64,000 nucleotides of DNA, from positions 9,439,480 to 9,503,479 of the forward strand of contig CM121342.1 of the NCBI GenBank assembly GCA_051530055.1. The letters are read 5' to 3'. Under the pieces are notes generated by a model, which searched no databases, was not told the DNA's origin, and was given only the letters and a program-made list of their open reading frames with translations. Numbering within the stretch: the first letter of the stretch is position 1; each line of letters opens with the position of its first letter. Below are positions 1-14,300 of this stretch, in pieces. Source of the stretch: Neoechinorhynchus agilis (taxonomy: Eukaryota > Animalia > Acanthocephala). Both the position numbers and the translations under genes were made by a program.

Positions 1-59
1 ATTGTACCCGAGCGGAAATTTATATAAAAACTATGCTATTATAAATTATGATAGCAAAA

Positions 60-800
60 TTTAAACAAATTTTCATTTAGCTTTTAGCAGATTTTCATAT
101 TGTAATCTTGAAAAAAAAGATACTTATTGTATTTCAGCAATTAACGATTGGGCAATAAGACGTGGAACAATTGATACAGTGAAATAATCTAATCGCGTTT
201 TAAGGAGTGATTGTAGCAGATTTCGGTATTGTAATACTGAAAAAAGATACTTATTGTATTTTAGCAATTAACGATCGGGCAATAAAACGTAGAACAATTT
301 ATTCAATAAAATAATTTAATCGCGTTTTAAGGAGCGATTTTAACAAATTTTCGTTTAGATTTTAGCAGATTTTGGTATTGTAATACCGAAAAAAGATACT
401 TATTGTATTTCAGCAATTAACGATCGGGAATAAAACGTGGAACAATTTATTCAATAAAATAATTTAATCGCGTTTTAAGGAGTGATTTTAACAAATTTTC
501 GTTTAGTTTCTAGCAGATTTTGGTATTGTAATCTTGAAAAAAAAATACTTATTGTATTTCAGCAATTAACGATCGGGCAATAAAACGTGGAACAATTTAT
601 TCAATAAAATAATTTAATCGTGTTTTAAAGAAAAATTTAAACGAATTTCTTTTTATCCTTTAGCAGATTTTGGTATTGTAATCTTGAAAAAAGATACATA
701 GTGTATTTCAGCAATTAATACTCGGGCAATATGACGTCGAACAATTAATTCAGTGGAATAATCTAATCGCTTTTTAAAGAAAAATTTATACAAATTTCTT
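60..800. repeat. Tandem array, about 149 bp unit, about 5 copies
   Basis: Motif TAGCAGATT recurs at 85, 214, 363, 511 and 661 with conserved flanking sequence. Confidence 0.9.
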
Positions 801-1505
801 TTTTGCCTTTAATATCATCCACTCGAGTTACATGGATTAAGGAAAGGGATAGTATTGTGAGGGAATTGAGAATAAGAGGATATCTTATGTGGATAATTGA
901 CTGCGGGATTAAGAGGAGCAATCACCGAACACAGAACAAAAGACCGCTCCCAGAGTCCGAGAAAGAGTTGAATTTGTTTTGGTGATGCAACAAACCAAAT
1001 GATCAATTCGATTATGAGGACCGAGGGGGAGTTCGAGTGTACAATAATAAAAGCATCATCCTCGCCAACACGTCCAAGAAGAAGGTGTACAATAATCCGA
1101 CTCGTTGCGGGGTGCACTCAATGTGACAAGGCGTACACCGACCAAACAATGCAGGGCATTCCGAAAAGAGTCACCCAACATAAACAAGTCTGTCGACGTT
1201 TTGATCGCTTATCTGCGATTTCAAACCACCAGGAAACTATGCAGCATCGCATAGATTTCGAAGGCACTGAATTTATAGAGAAAGAGCCAAATCTTGTTGG
1301 AAGGCGTCTGGTTCTTGAGGCCTCGCACACATCTCTGCGGCCAATGGAATGAAAGGCAATAAGGCGAATTTCAACGTAAAACTACCTGCCAGTGACGTAG
1401 TTAAAATCAATGGAAAACACACGATACATTGCAGGGTTTTTCGAGCAGGGGCACACGGTCAGCGAACCTTGTTGGAAGTCGTAAACCTGTCATCCCGAGC
1501 CTATT
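800..1505 (+). mobile_element. Penelope-like retroelement 3' fragment (linker plus GIY-YIG endonuclease), decayed
   Basis: ORF 999-1352 has CTQCDKAYTDQT..KRVTQH..SAISNH..HRIDF, the GIY-YIG pattern of Penelope elements. It is homologous to 51878-52306, and the two share 3' flank motifs (TCAACGTAA, ATCCCGAGCC). Confidence 0.8.
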
Positions 1506-1996
1506 AGACAAAATATAGAAAAGAACCATAACCAAAAACCTTTTTAGGTGATTTATAAGGCGAGGTTTCCTCTTTCGAAATATTTCCCAATAATAAAGTG
1601 ATTTTTAACCGAGATTATCTTCATTACAAGTCAAAATTCATTTAATGAAATAATCTAATCGCTTTTTAAAAATAGGCGGTTTAAAATGGGAAACTCGAAA
1701 AAAAAGACAGTGCTTGACGGATTTATAAAAGAAGAATAGGCTTCCGTTCATTATGAGGAAATGTTGTTGAATATGAAATTTGAATATTCTTAAAATCAAG
1801 TTTGTTGGGTATGCTGGAAATTTAGGCATTTGATTCATACATGTTTTACACAATCAATTCATTATAGTAAATAAATTCGGGAATTTATAATCGTAATAAT
1901 ATCTGCACTTGTCGGAGGATACGAATTAAATCATCTTTTTCAAAGAGCATATATAAAAGTGAAAATGATTTATACATTTAATATTTCACGTAGATT

Positions 1997-2625
1997 TTAT
2001 GAAATTCTATCCAATTGTTCCTTCGAGTGGATGTGTATTCCTAATGGCGAATTGTTACACACTCGAGTTTTATTGAAATCAATCTTGCGCATTGTCAAGG
2101 CCTCAGCATCCTTCCCAAACATTGTTTGCAAGTGTTTACGACGTTTCTTTTAGTTCCATACAGAATTTTAGCAATTTAAAACATTACGCTTCATATCAAT
2201 AAACTTTTAATTAAACAAAATTTATAAAAAGATGTTCTTGTAATATATCATCAGTCGTCTTTATTGTACCAAAAAACATGATCTCAAGAAGGTTTATAGC
2301 ACTGTCTGAAATACCAAAAAACCCGAATCATTCAGTTTTTGATTCCATATTTCTTTTAAGAACAAATTCCTTAAATTTCAGCGCTTTCTCGGTGCATATG
2401 AAGAAGATTTACAAGTCAAAAAGCCTAGTTTGCACATGAATATCTTTAGTCCGATAATTTATGTAAGAACCTCACTCAGTCCAGTATAGATTTCACCAAT
2501 CATTGTTCTTCACTCATGTACATTTCAAGTGTAACAGATATTTAGACAATTTTGCGCTCACTATGTCCATTGATTGTTTTTCCTAGTCCGTCCTTCACTT
2601 TTGTTTGCAATTTCATATCTGTCAT
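1997..2625 (-). CDS. Possible small multi-exon gene of unknown function
   Basis: ATG at 2625 followed by coding-like blocks separated by short GT..AG segments. No homology recognised and the exon chain is not fully resolved. Confidence 0.25.
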
Positions 2626-2626
2626 T

Positions 2627-4430
2627 TTAGAGTCGAGGAACTCGTGCCAGTGGTATTCCACTGATAGAATTCGCTGTAAATCTTTGATTCGCTTCAGGTG
2701 GAACAGTATAGATGTTTACTCTTCGGGGCTCGACCGGGTCGATGGGGTATGGTGTAACCGACCGAAGATTGGGATGTTGGGGCATTGGCATATATCCTGG
2801 ATGCCGAGCTACGTCTTGTACCGCCAAGGAAGATGGAGGTGCAGCCGGCATGTTTACTAGCATATCGATCTTCATGTTCGGCGATTGTGGCATTTGGATA
2901 TGTGAGCGATTGTTAAACATTGGCATTGTTATTGGATGTTGTGGTGGAGCTGGCATCGGAGATATCAAAGGTTCTTGAATTTCGTCCAGTTTCGGATGGG
3001 TCGCTTCCCAATACTCGTCCAAATATTCCGCTAGAGATGCACAAGCATCCTCAAGCTGATTCTGATCAAGAACTACATCATAGGCTTCCTACTTTAGACA
3101 ATAGGACTAATTTGAACAGTTTCGAGCATACCGGTGGACATTGAGCTAATTTCTCAGCAGCGACGAGTTGAGGATTTATATTTCGCGCTTGTGATTTTCC
3201 CCTGGATTTTATCAATTTTTGTAAAACCTAAGAGAATAAGATTATGGGCAAAAAATCTTAAGTTACTTTTGGTGATGATATCTTTAGATATACAATGATA
3301 GGAGCCAAAGATGTTTTTTGAATTTGTGCTGGATGATTTACTGTATCACAGTCGAGAACCACAAGATGAAGAGTTCTGGCTAATTCGAAAATTCGCTCAA
3401 TCTCTTCGTAGACTTCACGCAGCCCAGAATTGCGGGATCCGCCTCCTCCGGCCGCCCTTTCCATGAGGGAAAAAGCTCCTTTCCCTTGAGCACTCGGCGG
3501 AATTGCGCTGTATCCCGCTCCGTTTCCTCCGGTGATTCGTTTTGCAAGAGAAATATCAGCACATACTCGAGTAATAACGATCGATCCCTCGTATCTTTTT
3601 TTAAGAAAGTCAAATACTGCTTTTTGCATCATATCGGTAACATCGTATCCCTTAAGCGATGGCCCAACCAAAACCACAGGCCGAACATTTGGAACGACGT
3701 CGTATGGGGCTGATATTGTCTGAGTCTATTCAAATTTTCTGTGCACGATTTTCCATCTCAACAAACACTACCTTCTTGAAAAATATCTTCCGCTTTTCCT
3801 TAGCATTTAAATTGCTCGTCTTAACCTTTCCGTCTTCTCCAACAATATCAATGACCGCTCCAGTGGTGTCCTGAGGGCCACCACTTTTACTCGAAGAAGT
3901 TGTAGTCGTGTTTGGGCCTCTACAATTTATTGATTTAGCGATTTGAATTCCAATTCTTACTTTTTGCTCGAGCTCTTAATCCGCTCTAACTTAATTGGAC
4001 TGGGTAGAAACCCCAGCGGCGCCCCGATCTTGATCTTCCGTCCAATCCACCAGTCAGAATCGAATTTCTTAGAAGATTATCATAGCGCTGGACGACATAG
4101 CGGATACTCACGTTTTTTACATGAAGGTATTCTTTTGTTTCAAACCCAATAACCCGTTCTGGAAGGGGACAATTATCATCCCTTGTTGGAACATATTCAG
4201 TATTTGTACGGACGGCAAATGCTACCGGTCTTGTCTTACCATTAAGAGAAGAGCGTTAGTTTACTTCGATTATTGTTCACACGCCGCCGAACCTTACAAT
4301 CGTCCAGTGCAGTCTGTGGACTTTTTGTAGATTGAGCTGCGTTACTTGTTGTCGTTGTTGCCCGGAATTCTCGATCAACAAGTTCGTCAAAATCAAGTGA
4401 ATGTTGACTGACGTTAGAATCTCCAGATCC
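2627..4430 (-). CDS. CACNB: Voltage-dependent calcium channel beta subunit (SH3 + guanylate-kinase-like); 5' exon(s) not resolved
   Basis: Manual splicing across short GT-AG introns gives [74 protein letters not shown] and [14 protein letters not shown]. Confidence 0.95.
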
Positions 4431-6311
4431 CTGTAAATACTGAAATTGGATTTGTTGAAGTGATTTTAGTTAGAAATCTCACACTGTTTTGGTGGAATAG
4501 GCACTATCGCTAGACTGCTGTTTTCGCAGCATATTGAAATTAAACGGCATTTTTTCTTCTGAAATTCTATTTTAAAACGACATTGCGTTATCTCTCGATT
4601 TTGAACAAGAGATTAGTTTGAGCTGTCGTTGATTAGGAGCTTCATGGAACCAGTTGGCCTTTTCTGAAAAGTCTGGGAGTTGGTTTTAAAGACAATATAG
4701 TCGACGCAAAAAAGTGTCACTGTGATGACTACCAATATTTTCGGACAAAATCTGGCTCCATTTCGCCGTATTTTCTCTGTCTCTCGATCCATGAGCATTC
4801 TTTAAAGGAAATGGGAGTGCATGTTTGCCTTTACGCGCAACCGCACACATCCATATCGAGAGCGATGAAACATGATGAGACACGATTGTGGGGATTTCGC
4901 CCCGATTCCGCTCATTATGAGGCAAACGCGCGGGAGATGCACTTTCGCTCCAGGCATGTCTAGGAAATTGAATCAATGAGATGCTTTATCTCAGTGTTCA
5001 CAGGTCCTAAGGAGACTTTTGGGAAAAACAAGAACAGTGGTCTTTTGTGAATGCTGGATCGTCGCGAGGATAATGGCACCAGAAAATAGGAGACTCCTAA
5101 ACACTCTTATGAAGGCAAAAAAAGACAGGGGTTGTTTTTCCTTACAGCTTGTATTGTATCCGACGATGCTCATGGCTAAATGGTGATGAGACAACCACAT
5201 TTAGCCAAATACACTTTTCTCAATCTTGGCGAATAAAAACGGGTTCAGCGATTCGCCTATTTTCCCTTTTTAATAACCATATCTCTTATGGTATCCAGAT
5301 ATTTTTTAAGATCGTATGGAATGATTGATTGATGAAGAGAACACGCGACCTAGAAAACGCACGAAAAAAGAGGATTTTATCGATTAGGTTCTTAAGGAGG
5401 ATTTGTGGGAGAGACTACAAAAAGATCAAGTCTGCGTTTATATCAACGTCTGACTGAAATGTCTAAAAAGAAGGAACGACCAAATTATGACGAATATTCA
5501 CTGTCGAATTTCCTGTTCACTTAACTCATCCTGAACTAACTCAATATATGATTTTCCCAGAGGAAATCTTTTTCAATTTTACATGATTAAAATTTAAATT
5601 TTTCGACATTAAATGAAACATGGTTCCACGAGGACAGTGCAACAGTATCATTGTGGAGACCAACAAAACTTACATTATTCTGTTGGTTTGAAATGGGTCT
5701 TTGCATCATCCAAAAAAAAAGTGTGGCTTGCTATGCTCATCACTCAATTTTTAAGCCAGTGCCTAAACGAAATCATTATTGTACAACCATAGCGGGTTTT
5801 CAGATACTTACTCTTTTGAATCTTCTATAAAATGCTGAAAATATCCTTGTTGTCATCAAATGGAGCTTCTGAATGCAACCGTCAAACCCTAACACTTGTC
5901 GTACTTCTTTTGCTTCACTGCCTCATTTCTGGATTCCTGACACAGACAGTAGATCACAAGAAAAAGGGTTTCCCTCCTGCAGATTTGAATTCGAGAATAT
6001 TTTGCGTCACATGCAATTACTTCCTTTAGAAAAATGGCTTTAAGAACCAAACGCGTGATGGATCTAAGTGTGCTCCTCTGTCGTCTGAGCTAAGAAATGC
6101 ACGAAACAACCCCAACTAAACGACACTTCTCTTCAACTTTAATTGGCAAAGTCTCACAAACAATAAAGCCTCTCGGATCCTTGTAAATCCTGACGGTCCT
6201 TTCTCATCATGCTTAGAAAACAGGAAAATGAGCAATTTGTCGAGGTATTCACATTTCTAAGCTTTTATCTAATTATAACACTCTTTTTTTGAATCAAACA
6301 TAATTTGCCAA

Positions 6312-6710
6312 ATTGATTTTGTTTGGCCGAGTGTCTAAAATTGCATGAAATTAATTTTTGCGAAGAAAAAAGCAAAATCCCTAAACGTTTTTAACTTTTC
6401 AACAATTCTTGATTCTGTTTGGCCGAATGTCTAAAATTGCATAAAATTAATATTTGCGAAGAAAAAAAAGCAAAATTCCTAAACGTTTTTAACTTTTCAT
6501 TAATTCTTGATTTTGTTTGGCCGAATGTCTAAAATTGCATAAAATTAATTTTTGCGAAGAAAAAAAGCAAAATTCCAAAACGTTTCTTACTTTTCATTAA
6601 TTCTTGATTTTGTTTGGCCGGGTGTCTAAAATTGCATAAAATTAATTTTTGCGAAGAAAAAAAGCAAAATTCCTCTTCGTTTTTAACTTTTCAATAATTC
6701 TTGATTTTGC
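6312..6710. repeat. Tandem array, about 97 bp unit, about 4 copies
   Basis: GTTTGGCCG at 6321, 6417, 6515 and 6612. Confidence 0.9.
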
Positions 6711-7205
6711 TAACCATAAGTTTGACCACTACATTTGTGTGGAATTATGCAGCGATCATTTATGCGGAATTCATTTTTGACACATTGATGCTAGCAGAAA
6801 TACTCAAAGAATACATCCATTCGTTTTCCACTTTCCCCGCGACTGATGAACACTCAATCGACGACAGCTGGAGGCAAGGGAATTAATGGAAAGACATTTA
6901 CATTGCATCAATCTCTAAATGAATTTCGGAAATGTATTTCCGCACTGGGCTGATTTTGGAATGCGATAAGCGTTCTTCACTAAATAAAAGAAACCTATCT
7001 TTTCCGTCGTATATTTTATACTCACTTCAAAAAGGGAGGAGACCAATCAGCTAAGGTTTGTGACTTGCATGTATTCTAGTCAGTGAGATGGCAGCAGAAT
7101 CTTTGGTGCAATCATATTCCTACACTCGTTCTTCATAAAATCTTCAGCACCAGTTTCAGCTCAACTTAAGCAATTTATATTTAGGAAGTCGACTAAAGCG
7201 AAAGG

Positions 7206-9696
7206 ATGGATATTTTGTTTGCAGTCAACCGATTACCCGCCCTTATATTCGGAGCCACTGCGGATGATGATGACTTCTCCGATCGTCTCAATTACCGATA
7301 TACGGTGGCCATTTTGTCAATGTTTTCGGCGATCGTGTCCAATAGACAGTTTAGTGGACGTCAAATCCAGTGTTGGGTTCCTGCTTATTTCACTGATGGC
7401 TATGAAGAATACACAAATCACATTTGCTATATTTCTAATACCTATTATATTGAACCAGATCAGCCACTTCCTAAGGATCAAGACGTTCGGCACGTACAAG
7501 AACTGAAATACTATCAATGGATTCCATTTATTCTTCTTTTCCTTGCTGGTCTTTTCTATATTCCTCGACTTTTCTGGAAAACCTTTATGACTCGATCGGG
7601 AATTGATATTAAAGACGTCGTAGAAGCGGCTATTAGTTATAAACAATTAGACAAAATTGCTAAGAAATCAACAATCATGACCTATATTGTTACCATGATA
7701 GATCAATATGTGGATGATCCAAGACGAAGACAAGGCGCTCGTTTCCTGTCACCCGCCAGACGAATAATGGCATTCGCTTGCTGCATGCCTGGTAAATTTC
7801 ACGGAAGCTACTTTATTGGCGTCTATTTGATCACCAAAATGTTATTTTTGGTTAACACATTAGCGCAGTTTTATCTGCTGAAAGGGTTCCTTGGTATTAC
7901 TTTTGAAGATTACGGAATCGAGATCTTACTGAGATTTATTACACGACAAAAGGAGTTTGATTCGTCTATATATTTCCCGAAGGTCACATTATGTGATTTT
8001 GGAGTGCGAGAGGTTAATCATCCAAATCACAGTCAGCCTTATACGGTTCAATGCGTTCTACCGATCAATCTTTTCAATCAGCAAGTCTTTATGTACTAGG
8101 CACGCTTTCGATTGAATAGAAGATATTTTCGTAGGAAAATTGATTTTTGTTGCACTATACAGAATCTGAGAAAAATTAAGCCAGCCTCCCCGGAAGGTAT
8201 CTGAGGACCCGGAAAAATATATAAAAAGCGTAATCGTATGATTAAGAGTAAAATTATCAGTCGTGTAAGGGATGTTCGAAACACTTAGGGAAAAAATGCA
8301 ACTGGCTGGCCATACATAAGATCGAAAAATCTAAATTGTCTTAGTACCACGATAGAGAGCAAATGTTGTAAGGCATTTTAAGGAAATTTTAGGAATTTAA
8401 GCTTTTAATACCTCGGCAAATTTTCCGTTTCAAATTATGTTTTTTTGCAAATAAAATCTAAAATTAAATTGAAGAATAAAAAATTTTGCTTCAACTTGTG
8501 AATGTTTTACGGGATTTTTTCATCTTAGAATGCAAAATGAATCAAGTGACCGTTAGTGAACTTTTTGTTCTTCAAGATTAACTCGATAAAGTCTCTTGAA
8601 AAAATAATTCTTCGAAATGTAATCACATTTTATTTTCGCATTTAAAGATTGAACTGTTTTTCTTTGTAAACATTTCACGCTTTGACTTCTACGTTATAGA
8701 TTAAATTTTTGAAGTGTTTAACGAAGCAAATGACAGTTCGTTAATTTGATAAGCAAACTTGGCGATTTAATTTTTCTCCATATCTATTGGGTTTGAAGTT
8801 TTTCTTTCGAAAAATGTAATTTTTTAAAATTCCGTTAAGATGAAAAATCTCACAGATGTATAATGAAGCAAATGAAGGTCCGTAAACTTTATTTGCGTAC
8901 TCAAATGTATTCTAATTTTTCTTTAATAAGTTAACTAAGATCGCGATTTTGTGTCCTAGCTAAAATTCAACGCCGCATTTTCTTGCAAAAAATTTCCTTC
9001 ATAAATTTCCAATTCAATGCTCATATATTTCTAATGTTCAGTATTGCATTTGTTAGTGTAAAGTGACACCGATTTCAAAAGAGACTTTAGCTTAAAATCG
9101 AAAGCGTTGACCACGGTACCGCCGGTACATTGCTCTGGTTTTGGTTCGCTACAGTTGGACTGTTCAATCTTTACTCGCTGATTGTCTGGTTTTATCGTTT
9201 TTTGCCATACTCTCAAATGAGGTACATAACTCGCAGAGTGGATCTGATAAAATCCAAGGACAACATAAAAGAAGATTCCTTAATATGGAATAAAGACGCG
9301 TGTCGTGAGTTTGTCAGTGAGTATTTAAAATCAGATGGAGTGTTTATTCTTCGAATGTTATGCACTAATTCTGGAGATTATGTTACAACCGAAGTTATTC
9401 ACGGCCTTTGGTATTACTACGAGATGCGTTCCAAACAACCAATATTTCTGGACAGATTCGTACGTTCTTCGCTTCCTGGAATATTTGAATTATCGGACGG
9501 TTCTCATATTCATGCGTCTTCTATCATAACGGAACCGAGTGGGAGAGCGGCATCCATGAGATATCCACCAGCGCCCAGAGGTCAGTTACCTCCTTATGAC
9601 ATTATGGCTGAATCATTAAGAAGAAGACGAAAAAATCGAAATCGACAAAAGACCCGGCATGCATCGGACAATCGACATCGAGCCAAGTATTGTTAA
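7206..9696 (+). CDS. inx: Innexin (gap-junction protein), two exons with a ~1 kb intron
   Basis: DDDFSDRLNYRYT, IQCWVP, CYISNTYY, YYQW, FPKVTLCDF and QCVLPINLFNQQ in exon 1; LWFWF and DGVFILRM in exon 2. Confidence 0.95.
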
Positions 9697-11334
9697 GACT
9701 TCGAGAAAAACTGTATACATTTTGCGTTGTGGATGCGTACGTTCATCAACGACAATGCTTTCGCCTTCTTTGTGTTTGTGAACGTGAGTAAGTGAGGTGG
9801 TGCGAGAATAAATTTTGTTTGTTCGAAAAATGGTTTATTGCTCTCAAAAACGAATTTCTACTCTGAATCCATGTATTAGACATAAAATTGTAGTTAGTGT
9901 TACAACCAAACAACCCATTTCTCGGATCTCCTCGTGCCGCGAAAAATACTCCCATTATTTCGTTATGTGGTACTCAGCATGCAGCATCAATTGAGACGCC
10001 GAGCAAGCAATTTCCATCTAGTCTTTGAGTGGTAGTAAAGTAGCTAAAGAAAAGTGCGATATCGACTTGCTTTTATGATGAGGTTTAACAATGCAATTGG
10101 GTGTTGCTGCTTTTCTCCTTAGAGGATAAAATTCAGAAATATTGGTTCATGACGTTTACGTTTGAACTCAAACTTGAAAAACAAGAGCACACCTAGGCTT
10201 TGAATTTTGTAAGACTCATCATTGAATGCATTTTCGGAAAACGGCAAAGGGTGTTTCAACCATTTTTCGCAATTGTGCGGCCGAAAAATATTGGAAATGG
10301 GGGCTTAACAAAGCTAATGATGATAAATATTAGCTGGAATAATAACGTCTGGCTGGAATTCCACGGGAATCTCTCGAAATCATGGAACATTCCGGGCACC
10401 GTTGCGCCATAAAAAAACTAGTCCGTATCACTTGTCATGAGCTAACTAACGTTAGTCTGATTGCAGTATTCTATGTCAAGATTCCATCTGAGGATGAAGA
10501 GAAAAATACATTTTGGTATTAGAATTCGTCTGGGGTTTTACGGTTTGATATTTTGAGAATAAAAACGCTCTATTGGTCGAAAGCGATAGAATATTAGTTG
10601 TCATTATTATTTTTTCAAAGAAGGTTAACAGCTCATAAACTCAATTATGGTTGTCTTTGCTGAACAAAAAAATACGCTTATATTTAATTAAAAAAGAATT
10701 TTGCCGTAAGTTATCTCAGTTGTTCATTTTATCGCATGACTTAATCCCTCATGTTTAAATCTAAAATCCGATTCCGCATCGAAGAATTCATTTAGATACT
10801 TGCACTAAAAATCCCTAGTGCTTCTCCATCGCTTTAATTTGATAAGTTAAAGGCATAATCGACTTTAGGCCGCAAAATGAATTCGGCGATGTGGAAACTT
10901 CCGTTTTGTGCTCTATAGGAACAGAAATGCGTTAGCGAGATTGAAATTTTCGTTGCAATGGTGTTTCCGATTAGTCAAATTTGACTGACCAAAAGTGTAA
11001 AAACCTTTTTCATTTAAGATTCGAAGAGTCGCCCATAAGGGTTCGTTTTCAATCGTGAGAAATGTTTGAATTTTACTCAAGTTTTTAGCGGTAGACATTT
11101 CAAGAATATACAGCTCGGCACGATCTATAAACCGACAATTCCTTACACGACGGATCATTTTCTTTAGACACACAGCCCATGGATATGGGTCAATAGGTTG
11201 TGTCCCAGGGAAAATTATCAGCCATGTAATGGACTCTCATTTCAACACAGAATAAATGTAACCGGCTAGCCAGACTTAAAGATAATTAGCACACTAAAAG
11301 AAAGATTTATGCAAAAGCGACAAATGTTTTAGAT

Positions 11335-14300
11335 ATGCTCATAAAAGAATATCGCATAGTGATGCCGCTAAGTATCGCAGAATATCAAAGAGCTCAGTTG
11401 TATACCATTATAGTTAGCTAATGATAGTTTTCTATCAGCCGTTTTACTTCTTAGAAATTTAGAAAAAGTCTGAAGATTTCACGAATTCACCAGGAAGTGC
11501 TGTTACAATAAGGGAGAATCGACCGTACACGGGAGGTCCAGGAGGTCATGGCCAATACACCAAGAAGGTCTATCAAATAGCGGATCATCTTCCAGGTTCG
11601 TTTTTGTGAACGTGTAAAGAATTTAAGTTAAATTCGTAGGATGGCTCAAATCCATTCTACCCCAGGATGCGATGATGGTTGAAGAGTACTCTTGGAACGC
11701 GTATCCTTATACCAAGACTAAATATGTTTATCCGTTTGTGGACCGTTTCTGCATGGAAGTTGAGACAAAGTATTTACCTGATTGCGGACAACAAGAAAAC
11801 GTATTTAATTTACAGAAGCGAGAGCTAAATGTGCGCCAAGTGGGTTAGTATGGATCGGTTCATGGATGGAAAGAGTAAATGCTCATCATTGTAAAGATTA
11901 TATTGATTTTGTAAATGATCCTCTGGACAGGATGGATGTCGATCCGAAAGCTTTCGTTTCAAAGAGTACAGGTTTTCTTGTGTTTGATTAAACAAATCCA
12001 TTTTCATGAATATTGTTTAAGGCCGCGGACCCTTAGAATCGGACTGGATGGATCCTTATCTCAAGGGGAAAATAGAACCAATAATGTGCGCCTATAAATT
12101 ATGTAGAATTGAGTTTAAATGCTGGGGACTTCAGTCTCGAGTGGAGCGGTTCATAGATGATAACGCTCTCCGAAAAACGTTTCTATCTGCGCATCGAGCT
12201 GTTTGGTGTTGGCAAGACGAGTGGTCAAGTCTCACAATTGAAGATATTCGAGAAATGGAACAAGCGGTTCAAGAGCGTCTTGAACAAAGGGTTAAAGCAA
12301 TGAAAAATATTCAGAAAGAAGAAGCATTTAGCAATGAAGTTATAGTACGCACGCAATCTATCCATGATGAACCACTCACTGAATCAAGCCTAAGAATTTG
12401 GAGCAATAAATTATCGATGGATTTGACTGGAATAAACGAAGATAGCTCTCATGCGGACATTGACGATCCCTGTATAAAAGATGAATTCAGTGATAGTGAA
12501 GAGTTCTGGGACGCAAGATGTGAGTTCCTAGGGAGGGGTGAAGAGATTCAAAATCGCAAAATAAATACGTTAAGCTCGAAGGACAACGTTGGCATCGATA
12601 TCTCCAATGTTTAGACAAAGACGAAGCGAGAGTGCATATAAGCATTGGTTAATACTTTTGTTTTATGCAGGTTTGTCTTTAGATTATGTGGATTTTTTAT
12701 ATTTAACTTATTTTAAACTTACCGAAATCTAATAACATGAGCACTTCGCTTTTTCTTCTATAAAACGTTTCTAAAATTTTACTATTCATTTGTTTTGATA
12801 GATTATTGTAAACGGTTTCAATTCAAACTTAAGGCTATAAATGCCCTGAAATAGCTAGTTTGAGCGATAAAGCGAAGCGCCGGTTCAAAACTCAAAAAAA
12901 TTCAAAGGCTTTTAATTTTTCCAATTGAATTTTTTACAAATTCTAAATTCAAAGAAACGCATTGTTTAAAATTTTAAACAATTTTTCAAATCTTATAAAA
13001 ATAATAACACTGATATGTTCACGTTATCCTTCTCATGTTAAGGAAAAATGGACGATTTGACTGAATCACGCTTAACAAACCTCATAACGTTCAATAATAC
13101 AATCGACAAGGCCAATCAATACACCGGTCGTAGACTCTATCGACCGATAATAATAAAACTAGTCCGGTGTTCTAGCCTGTCCTCCGAAATAATGAAGCAA
13201 TTATCGAGGTAACATTTTTGAACCGTCTATTGTTTACTGGCTTAAACGTTTAAATCTTAGTATATCGATCGTTCAGAGTAGTTCCAATAGTGCACACGTG
13301 ATGGGACATCTATTGACAACCAATAGAACATACCAACAGCATCTTGATTTAGTGATCGAAAATGCCAATTCTTGTTACGACGATTTCTGTAGATCCTTGC
13401 AAGAAGTCAAGAATCTGTCGGTAAACATCGTCGGAGATGGAATAGGTTCTGTATTTGCATACGACGCATTATCACGGAATTCAGTTGCCGGCAAAAAGCT
13501 CAAATTCCCAGTTGAGAATTTGTTTTGTCTAGGATCGTCAATTGGAACTCTTTTGCTTCAACGAAAACTGTCATTTGGCGAAAGTAAGTCTCGACTCTGT
13601 TAAAATCATAAATTCACTCATTGCTTTGAAAGACCCGTTATCGCCAAAGGCGAATTTCTTTAACATATTTCTGTCAAATGATCCATCCGCGTCCAGAGTG
13701 GAACCCGTTCTTGATCAAAAGTTTCAATTCATTCCATCAGCATCTATTGAGCGCTTCTTCAATGTCCGAAATATCAGTTACAATAATCCGGTTAAGGAAT
13801 TGTCGTCAGCTATATCCTTTTGTGAGTGTCTTTTTAATGATAAAGTGTTTTATAAACATTTAGGCGATTTATGGGAAAATGAAGGGCGATTAGATTATTG
13901 TGTCTATGCACCACAAGTACTTTCTCAACTTCCGCAAAAATTTCTGGATATTGTAATATCATCTAGTTATTGGGAAAATGAAGATATCGCTATTTTTATT
14001 TTAAATAAGCTAGACAAAAATCAAGAGTGAGTATAATTTAAATTTCAAAATCAGTGTACAAATTCATCATAACTTTAAAGGGCGAGGAATACACTTCAAT
14101 ACACCGAGTCAACATCAACCGAATATCGATCAAGTCGTTATGATTTTTCCAACGCACTTAATCGGGTCATGAAAGTCAGCCTTAATTTTTTGAAATCTCA
14201 TAGAATAAATTAATTTACAGAATCTTACACCCAATCACAGTGCAAGTGATGTTTTGTTAGGGGATGCATATCCTCAAGTCCTAACAGCCAAGTTCTCGTA

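Noticed and set aside
3078-3090. Tandem AAG/TAG acceptor in CACNB where the upstream AG would introduce a stop
   Set aside because: Ordinary NAGNAG ambiguity; no evidence for regulated use.
4686-4976. ORF as the first exon of CACNB
   Set aside because: No CACNB-like sequence and no supported splice link to the exon at 4430.
8092-9129. TGTAC...GTACA ends suggesting a solo LTR, or CTAG suggesting a Helitron end, in innexin
   Set aside because: No target-site duplication or Helitron hairpin, and exact removal breaks the reading frame; the intron model fits better.
12850-12897. tRNA-like A-box/B-box motifs (TAGCTAGTTTGAGCG...GGTTCAAAAC)
   Set aside because: No cloverleaf or acceptor stem can be formed; at most a SINE-like remnant.
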